Positions 11,961 through 26,998 of a DNA stretch of 64,000 bases are shown in pieces. A program made the position numbers and the translations under genes. The stretch is from positions 124,744,001-124,808,000 of the forward strand of contig OZ024742.1 in the NCBI GenBank assembly GCA_964016885.1, given 5' to 3'. The notes under the pieces were generated by a model. It was not told the origin of the DNA, did no database searches, and saw only the letters and a list, made by a program, of their open reading frames with translations. The DNA comes from Eledone cirrhosa. Lineage: Eukaryota. How positions within the stretch are numbered: the stretch's first letter is position 1; every line of letters begins with the position of its first letter.

Positions 11961-13165
11961 CCCGGGTGGGGTTGGGGGGGTTAGTCAAGGCCTGAAACAC
12001 CCCACTTGCCGACTTTGTAAGGGGTAACCCCTGCTTACATAGGTAGACGTAACCTTTTTATATGTTTTTATCTCTTCCTCTATAATTCCTTCTTCCCCCT
12101 ATCTCTTCCTAGTCCTTCCACCCCAGATCTCCTTCCTTGTCATCTTTTTTTTTCAACTTTTTGCCCACCCCGATGCACCTCATCGGTCCTCTGTAGCCTC
12201 AGCACCCCACCCCCCTAATTTTAAGATAGAATTGGCCGATTACGCTTTTTATAGCAGATGTGTTAGACCCCAGATAATTGCCTTCTTTCTGGTTGGTGCT
12301 CCATTTCCGTGGTTTCTAAGTTTCTTAGTGGTATTTCTGCATTGGTATTCTTGTATTAGTATTTATTGTATTAGTATTCTGAATTAATATTTCGTATTAG
12401 TTTTTTAGTATGTTTGCCCTCAACTTATTAACCTGTCATTGTAAGATAGCATTGGCTGATTATTACTAACTATTGCAGTGGTGTTTGACACCCTGTAAAG
12501 ATGGTTTTATAAAATTCTTAGTGGTATTTTTGCTCTAGTATTCTTGGTATTAGTATGTATTAGCAATCTGAATTAATAGTTCGTATTAGGTTTTTAGTAT
12601 GTTTGTCCTCAACATATTAACCTGTCATTGTAAGATACCATTGGCTGATTTCTACTAACTTTTGCAGTGGTGTCAGACCCCCTGTAAAGATGGATTTATA
12701 AAGTGCTTTCACTACAATCACGTATTTAGCATTTTTCTCCACCTATTAAACTTTTCTATAGTTTAACAATACCAATGAGAGATTTAGGGATGAAATTGCT
12801 GTTTGTTTATTTATTTGTTTATATGTTTGTTTATATATTTGTTTTTTTATATATTTATCTCCTCATCTTTATAATGGCTCGTTTGTTTACTCGCTTTCGA
12901 TTTACCTACTTTTTCACACACACACACACCCCTTCCCCTTCTCCAGTACACTTTCTTCGACCTTCTATAAAGTATCCTTAGAATTTGCTGTATAGATTTC
13001 ACTTTCAACGCATGACTGGGCTTCCCCCACTTCCTCTTTGTTCTACCGGCAAGTTCAGCTAGCCCCACCCTACCTTCCACAAAATGCCATGATAGAATCA
13101 ACTGCCTTTACAACAAATTTGTTACTAATCCTCTTGACAATTACTATCTTCCCATATATGGAATT

Positions 13166-13261
13166 ACCCACTGAGAAGTTCGGCTATTTATTTACCAGGC
13201 TGAAAATTCTTATTTAGTCCAGAATTAGCCGTCGAAACGGCTTGAGCTCTGCCGTCGGGGT
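13166..13261 (+). ncRNA. Type I hammerhead ribozyme-like motif (core CTGAGAA, non-canonical G8A)
   Basis: Stem I ACCC/GGGT; stem II CGGCTA/TAGCCG; GAAAC; stem III ACGGC/GCCGT; GTC cleavage triplet. Confidence 0.6.
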
Positions 13262-13269
13262 CATACTTG

Positions 13270-13899
<630 letters not shown>

Positions 13900-13992
13900 G
13901 AAATGCCTACGACGGTTGGAAGGCCACTGATGAGGACAAACTTTTTCATATGTAACCCATTTGCAGCGCCGCAGCTCCATTATTATCATATT

Positions 13993-14038
<46 letters not shown>

Positions 14039-17000
14039 AGGGTGGGGATGGGGGTTAAGCTGTAACTTATAATCAATTTTGTGTATTAACTGGCTTACCA
14101 ACGTGTACAGTGAGTTTATTTACCCTGGGTGCCTGGAAGACACTCGGTATATAAGGGAAACAATACTGAAGGAAAAGTAAAAACAATAGTGTTAATAATA
14201 ATCTTAAACTAAATGTAAGCGAACAAAGAGGACTGTCTACCCTACAAGGAAGTCGGTGAGGGGATCGCCACAGTGGGCCCATTTCCCCGAATCTTCTTCT
14301 TTATGAATATAGTAAAATTTAGTGCTTTTAAAATCCCTAATATTTACATGTAGATATTTTCGTACTATTACCATGCTTTATATGTTTTTTCTAGTTATTT
14401 GGGTGATATGTTACTTATTGGAGTGAGGCAAAAAGGTGTGCTACCAATTATATTTTCACTCGAAATAAATTGTTAGCTTCAGTAGTTAATACTTGTCAAT
14501 AAAATCAAGTGAGAACACATCAAGATCCAAATGAATTAAATGGTGACATAATTAGGAGTCGGAGCGTTTGCAAGTAGAGAAAATGTCGGACATATTTCTG
14601 CCTGATAATATCTCCTCAACGAAGTATAATCATTTCAGCAGTTGCCAGATAATAAATACTTGAAGTATATAAAGATTTTCAGTGAATAAAGAAGCAAATC
14701 CAATGCTTAGATAATAGCATGCTTTACTTTTAAATTATTTGTATTCGGGTTTCGCGTCTTTATCCGCGAGTTTACCGTTTCCTGGTTCAGCAGTAACCAC
14801 AAAGCTGATAAAACCTATTGTGGATAATTAAATCATTATACACAGCCACTTTCTTGTATTCATCAATGTTATCGAGTGTATATTCAATAACGTAGTATCA
14901 TAAAGCAAATAATAACGAATTTTAATTCGTAGTTAACTTGATTTATATAATTCAACAAATTGTCACATTATTGAGATCTCTATTCAGGAAACTTCAGAAA
15001 TCTGTAAGTAAATAATCAAATTATATGAGTATGGAATCATAAGTGAACTCGGAGCGAACCTAAAGCTATTTGCAACTGAGGACCTGACATAATGGCATTC
15101 GTTACTAATGAGTCTAGTTCATAGCTTTTCAAATCAGGTGAACTTTGAACGAGTAGTCGTTAGTTGCCAGAAAAACGCAGCAACGGCTACATTACGCGAT
15201 CATCTACGCCCATCACTTACTACATAATTGATCGTTTGTAACGTATATAAATGTAGGAATTTGATATATTATGGGTCAAAAGTCACTTTTACATAGAATA
15301 ACATTAGTATATAAATGGCGCTAAATAATTCATTGTCGATAATAACACGTTAAACGTAGTAACTAACTAAATCCTAATTCCTTTCTTACACAGTTCTAAG
15401 AGCCACTATATTTATGTTAACATTTCTTTTTGATATGTTTCATTCAAAGTATATCATCCGCGCGAAATAAACTTAGTTTTTGTCAATTCTTAGTTAAATG
15501 TTAAACGTTGTTTCTACGGTAACACGTTTAATAAACATTTAAACCCTTTAAGTCGATAGCCATTACTTGCAGTGCAAATATGTCTGATCAAATGATTTAC
15601 AGTGTGAATTTTCAACCTCTATTTTGCACATTTATAATCTGACTGACGAGATTGAGATTTAGCAGATTCATTAGAACGTTGAATAGAATCATTTGCGGTT
15701 TTCGTTTAAGCCTATCAGCTCTCTGAGATCAAATCTCGCCGAGATTAACTTTGTCTTCCATCTATTCACAGTCGATAAAAATATTATCAGTCTAGTACTC
15801 AGGTCGTTTCTTCTATTCTATATTTTTCGGTATCTCAATTTGTATCTTTTTCTGAAAGAAATTTCAGTATTTAGACCGGGAGAGGAATGAGCTCCACCAG
15901 GTTTATAAATAGCACTAGAATTACTGCATATCTCTACGGCGCAACTACGACTCTTTCAAGAGCTATGATTCCATACATACATTTAACTGGGGAAGAAATT
16001 ATCTTTCATTAAATATGATTAAATAGAAAACAAATCAGAATAGTACACGTTCTCTAATTGGTATATCGTCTTCCACTTTTAAGGAAATAATCATGTGAAG
16101 ATGTGTATTATACTTTGTTCGTTCACGTTTGCAATAAGTCAAATCCCCTTGTTTATGAAAGTATGTTTGCTTTAATTCTTTCATAAATCACATCTGCATT
16201 CAAAATAGTTTCTAAACTATCATACTTGGTTACGATATTCTGTAGAAAAAGATGTAATTGAATAGGAATGTTTGTTTTACCACATTTAAATCCTAATCCG
16301 AGAAGAAAGAGGGTAAACATTGATGAGACCGCAGGAGATGAAGTGGTATGCTCACGCATTTTATCACTTATATTTTGAAGATTTTTTATAAACTATATGA
16401 GAGAGATTATTTCCTGCGCATCTGAATGTGTCCTAAACCTGATAGAGAAATAAAGATTAATTTAGACTGGATGAGAGATGAGATAAAATGCTCAAGTGAC
16501 TAAAATATAGTCAGGCACCTGTCTTTGTGTATTCTAAGTATGATAGAAAGTGAAATAGCATGTTAAAAACAAAGAATCGTTCGTATTTCTTTGTTTCCCA
16601 GAGTAAATCAATCGTATAAAGTTTAATATCTACGTATTTCCAGTTCGTTGATGTGTAACATAGGAACACTAAATATGATCAGCCTAAGAAAACGATTGCT
16701 TTCAACAGATGGCATTCCATAGCAAGGAAATTGAAAATTAAAATCTAATGTAACATACACAGATTAATTGGTTCATGCATTGACATGGATGGTTAATCAG
16801 AGAGAGAAAAAAAGTGTTCCAGTTAGTAAATATTTACCACATATTGAAAATCTAGTTGTAATAGAGATTTGAAACGAATGAGAAGCAACCAGTAAGAAAT
16901 AGACTATATTTTCTTTATAGAAGAATCGTTTCTAGTTAATAGCCAATCGACAATTGCATCGAACTGACTACTCGTTTCAAACGTAAAATAAACTTTAGCA

Positions 17001-18287
17001 GCTGCATAGGTATCAAGCGAGATGGGAAGAAAATAAGAAAATATATGCACATGGTACACACCTTCCAGGTTTAGGATATTATAAAAAGAACAATAACTTT
17101 CCATGGTGGGATCAGGATCAAATCAAGATGTTTAAGGCCTTGAGCGCAGATTTTGTGGAATTAAACAATGACTAACTATATTTGTACGAATTAATTCAAA
17201 AATGTGGTACAATATCTTCAGAAAATCACTGTTCCATCTCTGTTTCATTAATTCGATGTGAAGATAAACACGATGTTACATGGTTTAGGCTCGCAAGAGA
17301 AGGTATATTTCCATGTCATAAAATGAGATATATACTCCCTAGGGAAATGATATTGTTACCCTATTTGAGATTTTCCGGATGTTAATGGCACAATGCATTT
17401 CCGTATATATAAGCTTCATTTGATCTTACATCAAATGGTTCACATATTCTGTCTGATTTTCAGTCAATAAAAATACCTAGATCAACTGCCAGCTTCGCTA
17501 TATAATCATGATATTATATATCGTAAAATCTTATCCATAGCTGTAACACAGTAACGCTCTCAGGCGACATCCTTGTAAAACTCCCATATTTACATTTCAA
17601 GAGAATATATGTTCTTAAAGACTTCAATAGTTTCAGCTCCGATGATAAGGACACTTTAACATACACAGCTTATGGAATTGCCCAGTTCATTATTCTAACA
17701 TTCCAGCAACAGCTGCAAGGAAATAGCAAGATGTTGTTAAAGGATGATATGTTTACAAACAATCACCGTTACGTATGTGTTGTAGATATAAATATGAGCA
17801 TATATCTCATGTAAAAGAATTGTTACTACACCATTCCCTTTCCACTGTTTTCAGTCATTTTTCCATAGCAGTGATCGCGAACCAGTCTAAAAGGTATTTA
17901 ATTGATTATATCGATCTGCAGCTTTTAATTTTTTTTTTTTTGTTCTATCTATCTTTCATCGTACATTTGAGATAGAAAACTAAACTTGAATGGAGAGAGG
18001 TAACTAAATCGAATAACTGAGTTGTGTATGAAAGGATGTAAATTGCACACGGGGTTACTGCTCCAATATAAAAATGTAGATTAAATGCGATATAATCATA
18101 AATATATATATATATATGTGAACATACACACACACACATATATATATGTATATATATATATAAATATTTGCTCTACGGTTCTTATATATTTGATATATAT
18201 TTATCCTTATCGAGCCCTCTTTGGATTTTAGTCTTCAAATCTATTAATATTACTATTATTACTATTATTACTATATATATATATATA

Positions 18288-18582
18288 TGGGAACAAGTAT
18301 GGCCCCGACGGCAGAGCTCAAGCCGTTTCGACGGCTATTTCTGGACTAAATAAGAATTTTTAGCCTGGTTAATGAAATAGCCAAACTTCTCGAGGGGAAG
18401 TTTGGCTATTTATTTACCAGGCTAAATATTCTTATTTAGTCCAGAAATACCCGTAGAAACGGCTTGAGCTCTGCTGTCGGGGTCATACGTGTTCCTATTA
18501 CCCCTCTACTACCCTAAGTATTGAGTACTTTGGTGCGTTACGGTCCATCTGGTTTCTTACCACAATTCCTTTGTTATATATA

Positions 18583-18630
<48 letters not shown>

Positions 18631-18770
18631 AACGAGTAGGACCCCGAGTAGTCCAGAATTAGCCGTCGAAACGGCTTGAGCTCAGCCGTCGGGGTCCTAC
18701 TCGTTTCTATTACCCACTCTACTACCCTAAGTATTGAGTACTTTGGTGCTTACCACATTTCCTCCGTTAT
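18288..18770. repeat. Two mini-foldback copies (family F2) of the 3' HHR tip of the 10348-13272 PLE family
   Basis: Share TAGCCGTCGAAACGGCTTGAGCTC...GCCGTCGGGGTC with 13225-13272, in inverted arrangement, each flanked by (TA)n. Confidence 0.8.
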
Positions 18771-18791
18771 ATATATATATATATATATACA

Positions 18792-18851
<60 letters not shown>

Positions 18852-19119
18852 TATATGTATGAATGAAGTAATTCCGTCGGAAAGGTCCAGGAAAAAAGAG
18901 TGCTCTATGTAGGTTACAGCGCTTAATAGTTATGTAATAAACAACATAAGGCAATTATTTCATTTACGAGTGGTTTCTTGAAAGCAAACAAATGTTGCTT
19001 TCTATCATCAAAAGGAAAAAATAATGGTGTATTTATTAACATTGGATTTTAAAAACAAAAATATAATCTATATGAAAATGAGGCTGGAAAAGGAAGAAGG
19101 AAAGGAAAAATAAACACAC

Positions 19120-19340
19120 ATGCACACACACACATACACACACACAATTACATACACACATATATACATACATTTATATATATACACATACATATACACA
19201 TATATATATATATATATGCATACATACACATATACATACACTTACAAATTCACATACATATACATATACATACATACACACATATATATCAACATATCCA
19301 TACATACACATACACACAAATACACAAACACACACACATG

Positions 19341-19382
<42 letters not shown>

Positions 19383-19875
19383 TATATATATGTACATACA
19401 TACACATAAGCATACATATATACACACGTACATACGCACACAGACATACACACATATATACACGCATACATACGCATACACAAATATAGATATATGTACA
19501 CATACCTACATACCCACACACACAATTAATTGTAAGAAAAAATATAATAATAAAAATACTGTCACATAACAATAAAAATAAATGTAAACATTATTATAAA
19601 GTTGACAGCGATACAGGTAACAAATAAATTAACAAACACACGTGGTAAGCAATACACACAATTGCACATACACATACATACATATAAATAAATACATACA
19701 CACACACACATACATATACATATACACAAACATACACATACACATATACACACACACACACACACTCACATATATATATATATATATATATATATACTCA
19801 TATATACACATATATATATACATACATATACACACACACATACATACAAATACATACACACACACATGTATGTGT
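19120..19875. repeat. Degenerate (CA)n/(TA)n/(CATA)n microsatellite
   Basis: Low-complexity sequence; the overlapping ORFs are artefacts. Confidence 0.9.
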
Positions 19876-20060
19876 GTAAAACTCATTCTTATATGTATTC
19901 ATTGAGCCTTGTTTTGCTCTTAAATATATATATTTCCATTCTATAGGACTTAAGTCCTACGGTCTGCAAATATAATGCCAACTACATATATATATATATA
20001 TATATGTAGTTAGCATTATATTTGCAGACCGTGGGACTTAAGTCCTATAGAATGGAAATA

Positions 20061-20139
20061 GCTATCTGATGAAATTTATTTTCCGTTGGAAATTCTCTGA
20101 ATCTCTAATCTTTTGTAAATGGAAACCGCCGGTAATAGC
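20061..20139 (+). ncRNA. Type I hammerhead ribozyme motif in a solo pLTR-like repeat (19930-20330)
   Basis: Stem I GCTAT/ATAGC; CTGATGA; stem II ATTTAT/GTAAAT; GAAAC; stem III ACC/GGT; GTA triplet. Preceded by a foldback at 19930-20060. Confidence 0.7.
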
Positions 20140-20326
20140 ATTATGAACAGGTAGATATTTAAATCATTTTTTAATTTATTTAAAGGATTGTTTAATGTTT
20201 GTTTGTTCTGCTCATCAACTTTTATAGTTCTGGTATCTCGAATTAGTACCATAGAACAACAATTATATTATAGACACCCTATATATGTCTATGGGTACTT
20301 AGTACTCAGTGAGATATTTACCTCAT

Positions 20327-20407
<81 letters not shown>

Positions 20408-20579
20408 GAAAGGTATAGAAAGTATTGTAGCAAAGAGCCAACAGTATTCCATAATATATGAGTGACTATAGCGTCACAATGGGAAAATAGTTCACGTAAG
20501 ATGTTGGAAAACTAATTCAAACTCAATTCAAAAAGAATCACGATACAGATTCATCCAACAGAATTTAGTGAAATCCAGG

Positions 20580-20644
<65 letters not shown>

Positions 20645-20651
<7 letters not shown>

Positions 20652-23600
20652 ATACTTTGGGAGGGCCATGTTGCCAATAAGAAACACACGCACCAGTTGC
20701 TTTCACTTCAATTTATTATATTAAATTTATAATAAATGTTTAACTTTATAAATTTCTGGTTGGTTGGTTGGTTTCACAACCAGATTTATACATAGTCATA
20801 GTTCTTTCGTCACACACTCTGTGACCTCTTCAGTGACTGGGGATTCCTTTTCTTTGTTTCTGTGCCTCTCATTTGTTCTGTCCTACGCCATTTTGTTTCT
20901 GTGTGTGTGTTGTGTGCTCAGTCTGCACATGCGCCACATCCGGGTGTCTGTGTGTGTTTATGTTCATTTATTTATTTGTTTATTTACATGTTACTGGTTG
21001 GTTGTTTGTTCTATGTGTGTGTGTATTTTCATTTTGTCCTTAATTGTAAGTTGTGATGTTGCTGTTCCACTCATATTTTCTATTTAATTCTTCTTTTATG
21101 TTTATTGCCTCTGTAATTTGTCTAAACATTGCGTCTTTTCTGTGTGTAGATTCTATTTTTATTTCTATGTTCTCTAATTTACCCTTGTGTTCTATTTTAG
21201 CATGTTGGTAGAGTACAGATGATTCTTTACTATCTTGAAGGTCTCGCCAGTGTTCATTTATCCGTTCCCCTACACTACGAGCTGTCTCACCTATGTACAC
21301 TATATTTTTGTCTCTACATTGTCCTTCAGTACATCTTATGCTATACACTATATTTCTAGTTTTACAGTTAATATGGCGGCTTATTTTACAGGTTATACAT
21401 TTCTTATCTATACATGAGGGTCTTTGAAAAGGGTATGTCTTGCTAATAAGTGTTTTTACGGAGGTACCTGGTCTTTCTACTATCTTAATATTGAGTTTAT
21501 GTTTATTTAGGGCCCTTCTAAATTTGTAAGCTAATTCACCTCTAGGGGTTGTATCGATGAACATTACACTCTGGTATTTATTGCTATCATACCATGAGTT
21601 TATTTTATTAGCCTTGTTCCTAGTTCTTTCTATTCTATTCCAAAATTTGCTCCTATACAAGGGGCAGGTCCCATTTATGTCATTATTTACCATTTTTTCC
21701 CATTTGGTTCTGGCTCCTCTATACACTCTGATTTTATCTCTCTGATTGTAGCCAGAGAACTGCATACGGTGGATGAAGTGTTGTATGTGTCTCTCTAGTT
21801 CTTCGGGGTTGCACATGCGGGACACATTTCTCATCACCCGTACCAAATCCGCAATCAGTATGTTGATTTTGGTATGGTCCGAAGCGGCCGCGTTTCGGTG
21901 GATCAGATGTTTGGAAGTCATTTGTTTGGCATAATGGGAATGGAGGATTTGTTTTTTGTTGTTAATGGTATCTAACCAGAGCTCTGTGTCTAGTACAGGT
22001 AATCGATCGTTGGGGTGTTTACTTGGGTAGTCTATAGTAACTCTAATGCTCTGGTGGATGGAGTTTGCTATTTGCTGGATGCTTTCCATTGTGTTCTTCT
22101 CTAGTTCCTGACTGTTCTCTAGTGGGGGTGTCTTAACTACGATGTTTATATCATCAAAGTAGCGGGAGTACATTATCAGGGTTAAGGGGTCTTCTAATTG
22201 TTCTTTAAGTTTAAGTTTAAGTCTACTGCCCCACCATACCATGAATAAGTTGGCTATGTCGCCTGCAATGCTAACACCAATGGCTGCTCCTTCCTCTTGG
22301 GCATATGTTTTTCCATTAAATTTGAACATATGTTCCTTAAGGGTTAGTTTTATGCTGGCCCCTACCGCATGTGCAATCATTTTCTTGAGTTCATCGTGGT
22401 TTTCAGGTGTCCGTATGGAACGGGTGGACCAGAGCCATCTATCTGTGTGGGTTTTCTTGGCCATTGATGTAATGGTAGGTGGTCTGCCTCTTGCTGGTCT
22501 TGTAGGGCACAGGTTGCTAAGGTCATATGTGTCTAAGTAATTATTACTATAGGTAAGCTTAAGTAGGAGTCCCAGCTGAACTTGTATCAATCCCACGGAA
22601 CTCAACCTTGCTCTCACTGATCATTTCTACGCATTTCTCCACAGCAAAATCCACGTCAATAGATGGATACAGGGACAGAACATCCATACTGCCCATTATG
22701 CAGTTTGTTAGGTCCCCAGATCGGTTACTCACGCCGATTCTGCTGAGGAGGTCCTCCGTGCTGTCACATACATCTGGGGACATTTCAATGATGGGGCGTA
22801 TGATCAGAGAGAGGAAATAGGACAGTCTGTAGTTACTAGCAATGTTAGCTCTACAGACTGGCCGTGTTGGTGGTCCCGCGACAGGCTCGCAGCCCGTTTT
22901 ATGGTCTTTTCGAAGCCCATACAACGCCGGCACGTCATTGTTCCAGGCCTGGAAGTTGTTGGCAGTCCTTTTGTTGGGCTGCATTATGTTCGTCCACGTC
23001 ACCATATGGGCATTGAGGGCTTTTTCTCTATCCTCATGCTCCTGTGGTGTTACCTCTCTTGTGTTAGTGATGTGGGGTTGCATTGCCTGGATGTAGTTTG
23101 GCAGGCTGTCAACCGACATTCTGCCAGACGTGTCTGTTGGAAAGCATGCTATCTCTCCATTACGTGAGCGCTGCATGAGCTTACGCAAGCCATTTGCAGA
23201 TTTTTCTCCCAGTTGCTGGGCCTCCATTCTATTATGCTTCTTGCTATACTGTTCTATAATATTTCTAAGTTCGGATCTAGCTATACTAAATTGTGCTTCT
23301 GTTTGTTCATCGACCTGCGACGGCAATTGCGTGCGTTTGTTAAATGGTAAAGTCGTGGCGTAGACTCGTCGCAGGTCGAACGATTTATCGGAGGGATTAT
23401 ATAACGTAGAGTTCCAGGCTGCTGCTTTATGTGTACTAGTGCTATTGTTATTGTTAGTTGTGTTGTTTCTATTTCTATTTCCACCAACAGCCTCATGGTT
23501 GTTTCTATGTCTCTCATAATTACTCCTGTCTCTTTCCACTTGCTCATTGTTGTTATCTACCCTATTTTGTGTGTCTGTGTGTTCGTCTTGGTTATTCCCT

Positions 23601-24419
23601 TTGTCCTTAGTCTCCCTTCTCTTTTTAATCCTATTACTTTCCCTTATTTCTGTGATTTCTGTGCTACTGTCATTACTTGTTTTCTGTGTCTGTGTGTTTG
23701 TTAAGATTGTGGTGGTGGTGAGAGGCATTGAATGTGTGTGTGTTGTTGTTGTTGATGTGTGCTGTTGTTGATGTGTGTTGTTGTTGTCTCCGTGTGTGTT
23801 ATTGTTGTTGTGTGTGTTGTTATTGTTGTTTGTGTCTGCGTGTCTGTTGTTGTTGTTTCTGGGTATGTTGTTATTGTTGTTGTTGTTGGTGTGTGTGTTG
23901 TTGTTATTGTTGTTTGTGTCTGTGTCTCTGTTGTTGTTGGGATGTGTGTTGTATATGTGTGTGCGTATAGTGTTGCTTTTGTTTTTGTTTTTGTTTTTGA
24001 GGCTCCAGCGTAGTTTTGTAAATGATTTTTCTATTTCTGACAGACAACTAATCATATTTACCTTCTTGAATGTCGCAAATGTCGGGGGTAAACACAACAC
24101 AGATAACTCGTCATTATCTATTATTGTGTTACCATATATATTTGTGTTGTTGTTGTTGTTGAACTCATCTGTTAATGAGGTGTCGGCCATATTTATACCG
24201 TCAATTTTGTTGGGATATCTATTGGTATTCTCTATAGTATCCTGATTTAGCTTTATCTGCTTAAGCCACTTTAGTTTCTATAAATTTATTATAATAACTT
24301 GAAGTGAAAGCACTGGTGCGTGTGTTTCTTATTGGCAACATGGCCCTCCCAAAGTATAACAATATCGGTTTCAACACACGATTTCAGATAAAGAATCTTG
24401 CTAAACGAATTCAGAAACG

Positions 24420-24423
<4 letters not shown>
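20645..24423 (-). mobile_element. Penelope-like element (RT + GIY-YIG) with 3' pLTR and inverted 5' pLTR piece
   Basis: 24288-24365 is the reverse complement of 20645-20720. Both ends abut (TA)n. Confidence 0.88.
21040..24190 (-). pseudogene. PLE ORF (RT + GIY-YIG), one frameshift near 22585
   Basis: LYGLRKDHK, PPTRPV, SMDVLSLYPSI, GAAIG...IANLFM, RYFDD, LPVLD; CIDKKCITC; IVYSIRC...VYIGETARS. Confidence 0.88.
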
Positions 24424-24470
<47 letters not shown>

Positions 24471-24471
<1 letters not shown>

Positions 24472-24560
24472 CCAGTAAGACCCCGACGGCTGAGCTGAAG
24501 CCGTTTCGACGGCTAATTGGTGCGTTATGGTCCACCTGGTTCCTTACCACCTTTCCTTCG

Positions 24561-24563
<3 letters not shown>
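24471..24563. repeat. Mini copy of family F2 in (TA)n
   Basis: GACCCCGACGGCTGAGCTGAAGCCGTTTCGACGGCTAATT joined to TGGTGCGTTATGGTCCACC. Confidence 0.75.
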
Positions 24564-24657
<94 letters not shown>

Positions 24658-25095
24658 CACACACACGCATATATATAAGAAAATACATAAATATTATATA
24701 TATATAAAAATGAAAAGGTGAAAGGGGTAAACAAATAGTTGGGAATACGACAAATAATAAATAAATAAATAATTAGAAAGGGTATAAATGTTTATAGCTT
24801 ATTTAGAGCACTCAACAAGTTACTGGGGCAAATGATCCATGAAATTAAGCATTAAATCACGGTATGTAATTATCCATATACATACATATACATATATACA
24901 CAGACAACCATACAAATACACACATATATGCATACATATACATACATATACGTATATATATACATATAGGAAAAAGTATCACCCCGACGGTAGAGCTCAA
25001 GCCGTTTCTGGGGCTATTATATATATACACACATTAACAATTATATAAAAATACACACACACAAATATAAAAACACACACACACACACACACACA

Positions 25096-25142
<47 letters not shown>

Positions 25143-25400
25143 GTAGGAGGTGAGTTTTATTGTAGTACAATAAAGCAATGCAGATATCGGATAAGTAGCA
25201 CTCTACAGTTTGTAGGACTAGAGTATAAATAATATATAAGATCAAAAGATGGTTAAAAGAGTTCCATGTATTTTACTATGCGCATTTCAAAAATAAATAT
25301 CATCATGCGATGACATTTGCGTTTTCGTCGGATAAAATAAGGAGACATGATATGAAGGTTAAAAAACAATTGTGGATAGTGCAGTTTTAAATCAACATAT
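25143..25400 (-). repeat. Family F3 pLTR-like repeat (empty-site paralog of 26373-27003)
   Basis: Aligns with 26373-26820 without the SINE. Degenerate HHR on the minus strand. Confidence 0.7.
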
Positions 25401-25921
25401 GAGAAGTAGTTTTAGATTGATGTGTGATATTGGGGAAAAAATTGATGGGGGGTGGATTGAATGAAAAAGAGGAGGAGATAAGAGTAAATGATGGAGGGGG
25501 AGGAGTATAATAAGGAAGGATGAGATAGGAGGAGAGTTGGTTGATAGAGAGAGAGAGATAGCTTTTATAACTGAGAAAAATATATTGTTTTACAGAGAGA
25601 GGTTAAAAAACCGTTGGAAGATAATATATAAATTAAAATAATTTGAAAATTAACGAAGAGATAAAAAGTTAAGAATAATGTTATATTAAGGGTTTAATAA
25701 TATGTGCGATGAAAAGAATTTGTTAATATGTATTAAGAATAATATTAAGTTAAGGTTTGAATATTTAAGGGTTTAATAATATGTGCGATGGAAAGAAATT
25801 GTTGATTTTTAATTACATTACTATTTTAATTTTTTTATTTAATAATACATATCAACAATTTCTTTCCATTGCACATATTATTAATACCTTCAGTATTCAA
25901 ACCTTAACTTAATATTATGTG

Positions 25922-26006
<85 letters not shown>

Positions 26007-26145
26007 ATATATATATATATATATACATGTGTGTTTGTGTTTGTGTATTTGTGTGCATGTGTTTTTATGGATATGTTGATATAAATGTGTCTATGTATGT
26101 ATATGTATATGCATGTGTATTTGTAGGTGTATGTATATGTGTATG

Positions 26146-26194
<49 letters not shown>

Positions 26195-26341
26195 GTTTGT
26201 ATATGTATAATAAAGCCAAAACAATGCAGGTATGGGCATAGAATAAAGAAAGCAAATGCAAAAGATATTGTTGACAATTAGTCTTTTACCTTAGATTTAT
26301 TTAAATGTCCTTAATTTTCGAGATATATATATCTTCTTCGG

Positions 26342-26375
<34 letters not shown>

Positions 26376-26464
26376 AGGAGGTGAGTTTTATTGTACTACA
26401 ATAAATCAATGCAAATATCGGATAAGTAGCACTCTACAGTTTGTAGGACTGGAGCATAAATAAT

Positions 26465-26647
26465 TGTTTCTACTTTTAGCACAAGGCCAGCAATTATCCA
26501 GTGCATTACTGGTACTTTATTTTATCGACCCCGTAAGGATGAAAGGCAAAGTTAACCTCGGCGGGATTTGAACTCAAACCATAAAGGGGCGTAACTCTTT
26601 GCTGCAAAGCATAGCGTCAGACCCTCTACCGATACTGCCAATCCACC
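26465..26647 (-). mobile_element. tRNA-derived SINE, second copy, with 14-bp TSD
   Basis: Homologous to 9887-10074. GGAGCATAAATAAT duplicated at 26451-26464 and 26648-26661. Confidence 0.85.
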
Positions 26648-26900
26648 GGAGCATAAATAATATAAGATCAAAAGATGGCTAAAAGAGTTCCAAGTATTTT
26701 ATTATACGCATTTCAAAACAAATATCATCATGAGATGATATCTGCGTGTTCATCAGATGAAATAGGGATACATGATATGAAGGTTAAAAAACACTTGTGA
26801 ATAGTGAAGTGTTAAATCAACATATCAACATATCAACATATGTTGATTTAAAACTTCGCTATTCACAAGTGTTTTTTAACCTTCATATCATCTATCCCTA

Positions 26901-26967
26901 TTTTATCTGAAGAAAACGCAGATATCATCTTATGATGATATTTGTTTTTGAAATGCCCATAATAAAA
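26901..26967 (+). ncRNA. Type I hammerhead ribozyme motif (mirror copy on minus strand at ~26697-26762)
   Basis: Stem I TTTTAT/ATAAAA; CTGAAGA (mirror CTGATGA); long stem II CAGATATCATC/GATGATATTTG; GAAA. Confidence 0.6.
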
Positions 26968-26998
26968 TACTTGAACTCTGTTAACCATCTTTTGATCT

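Noticed and set aside
13925-13945. CTGATGAG hammerhead-like start
   Set aside because: No stem II/GAAA partner visible.
14060-18100. Possible host exons in unique sequence
   Set aside because: Candidate splice-bounded segments contain stops or have no recognisable protein similarity.
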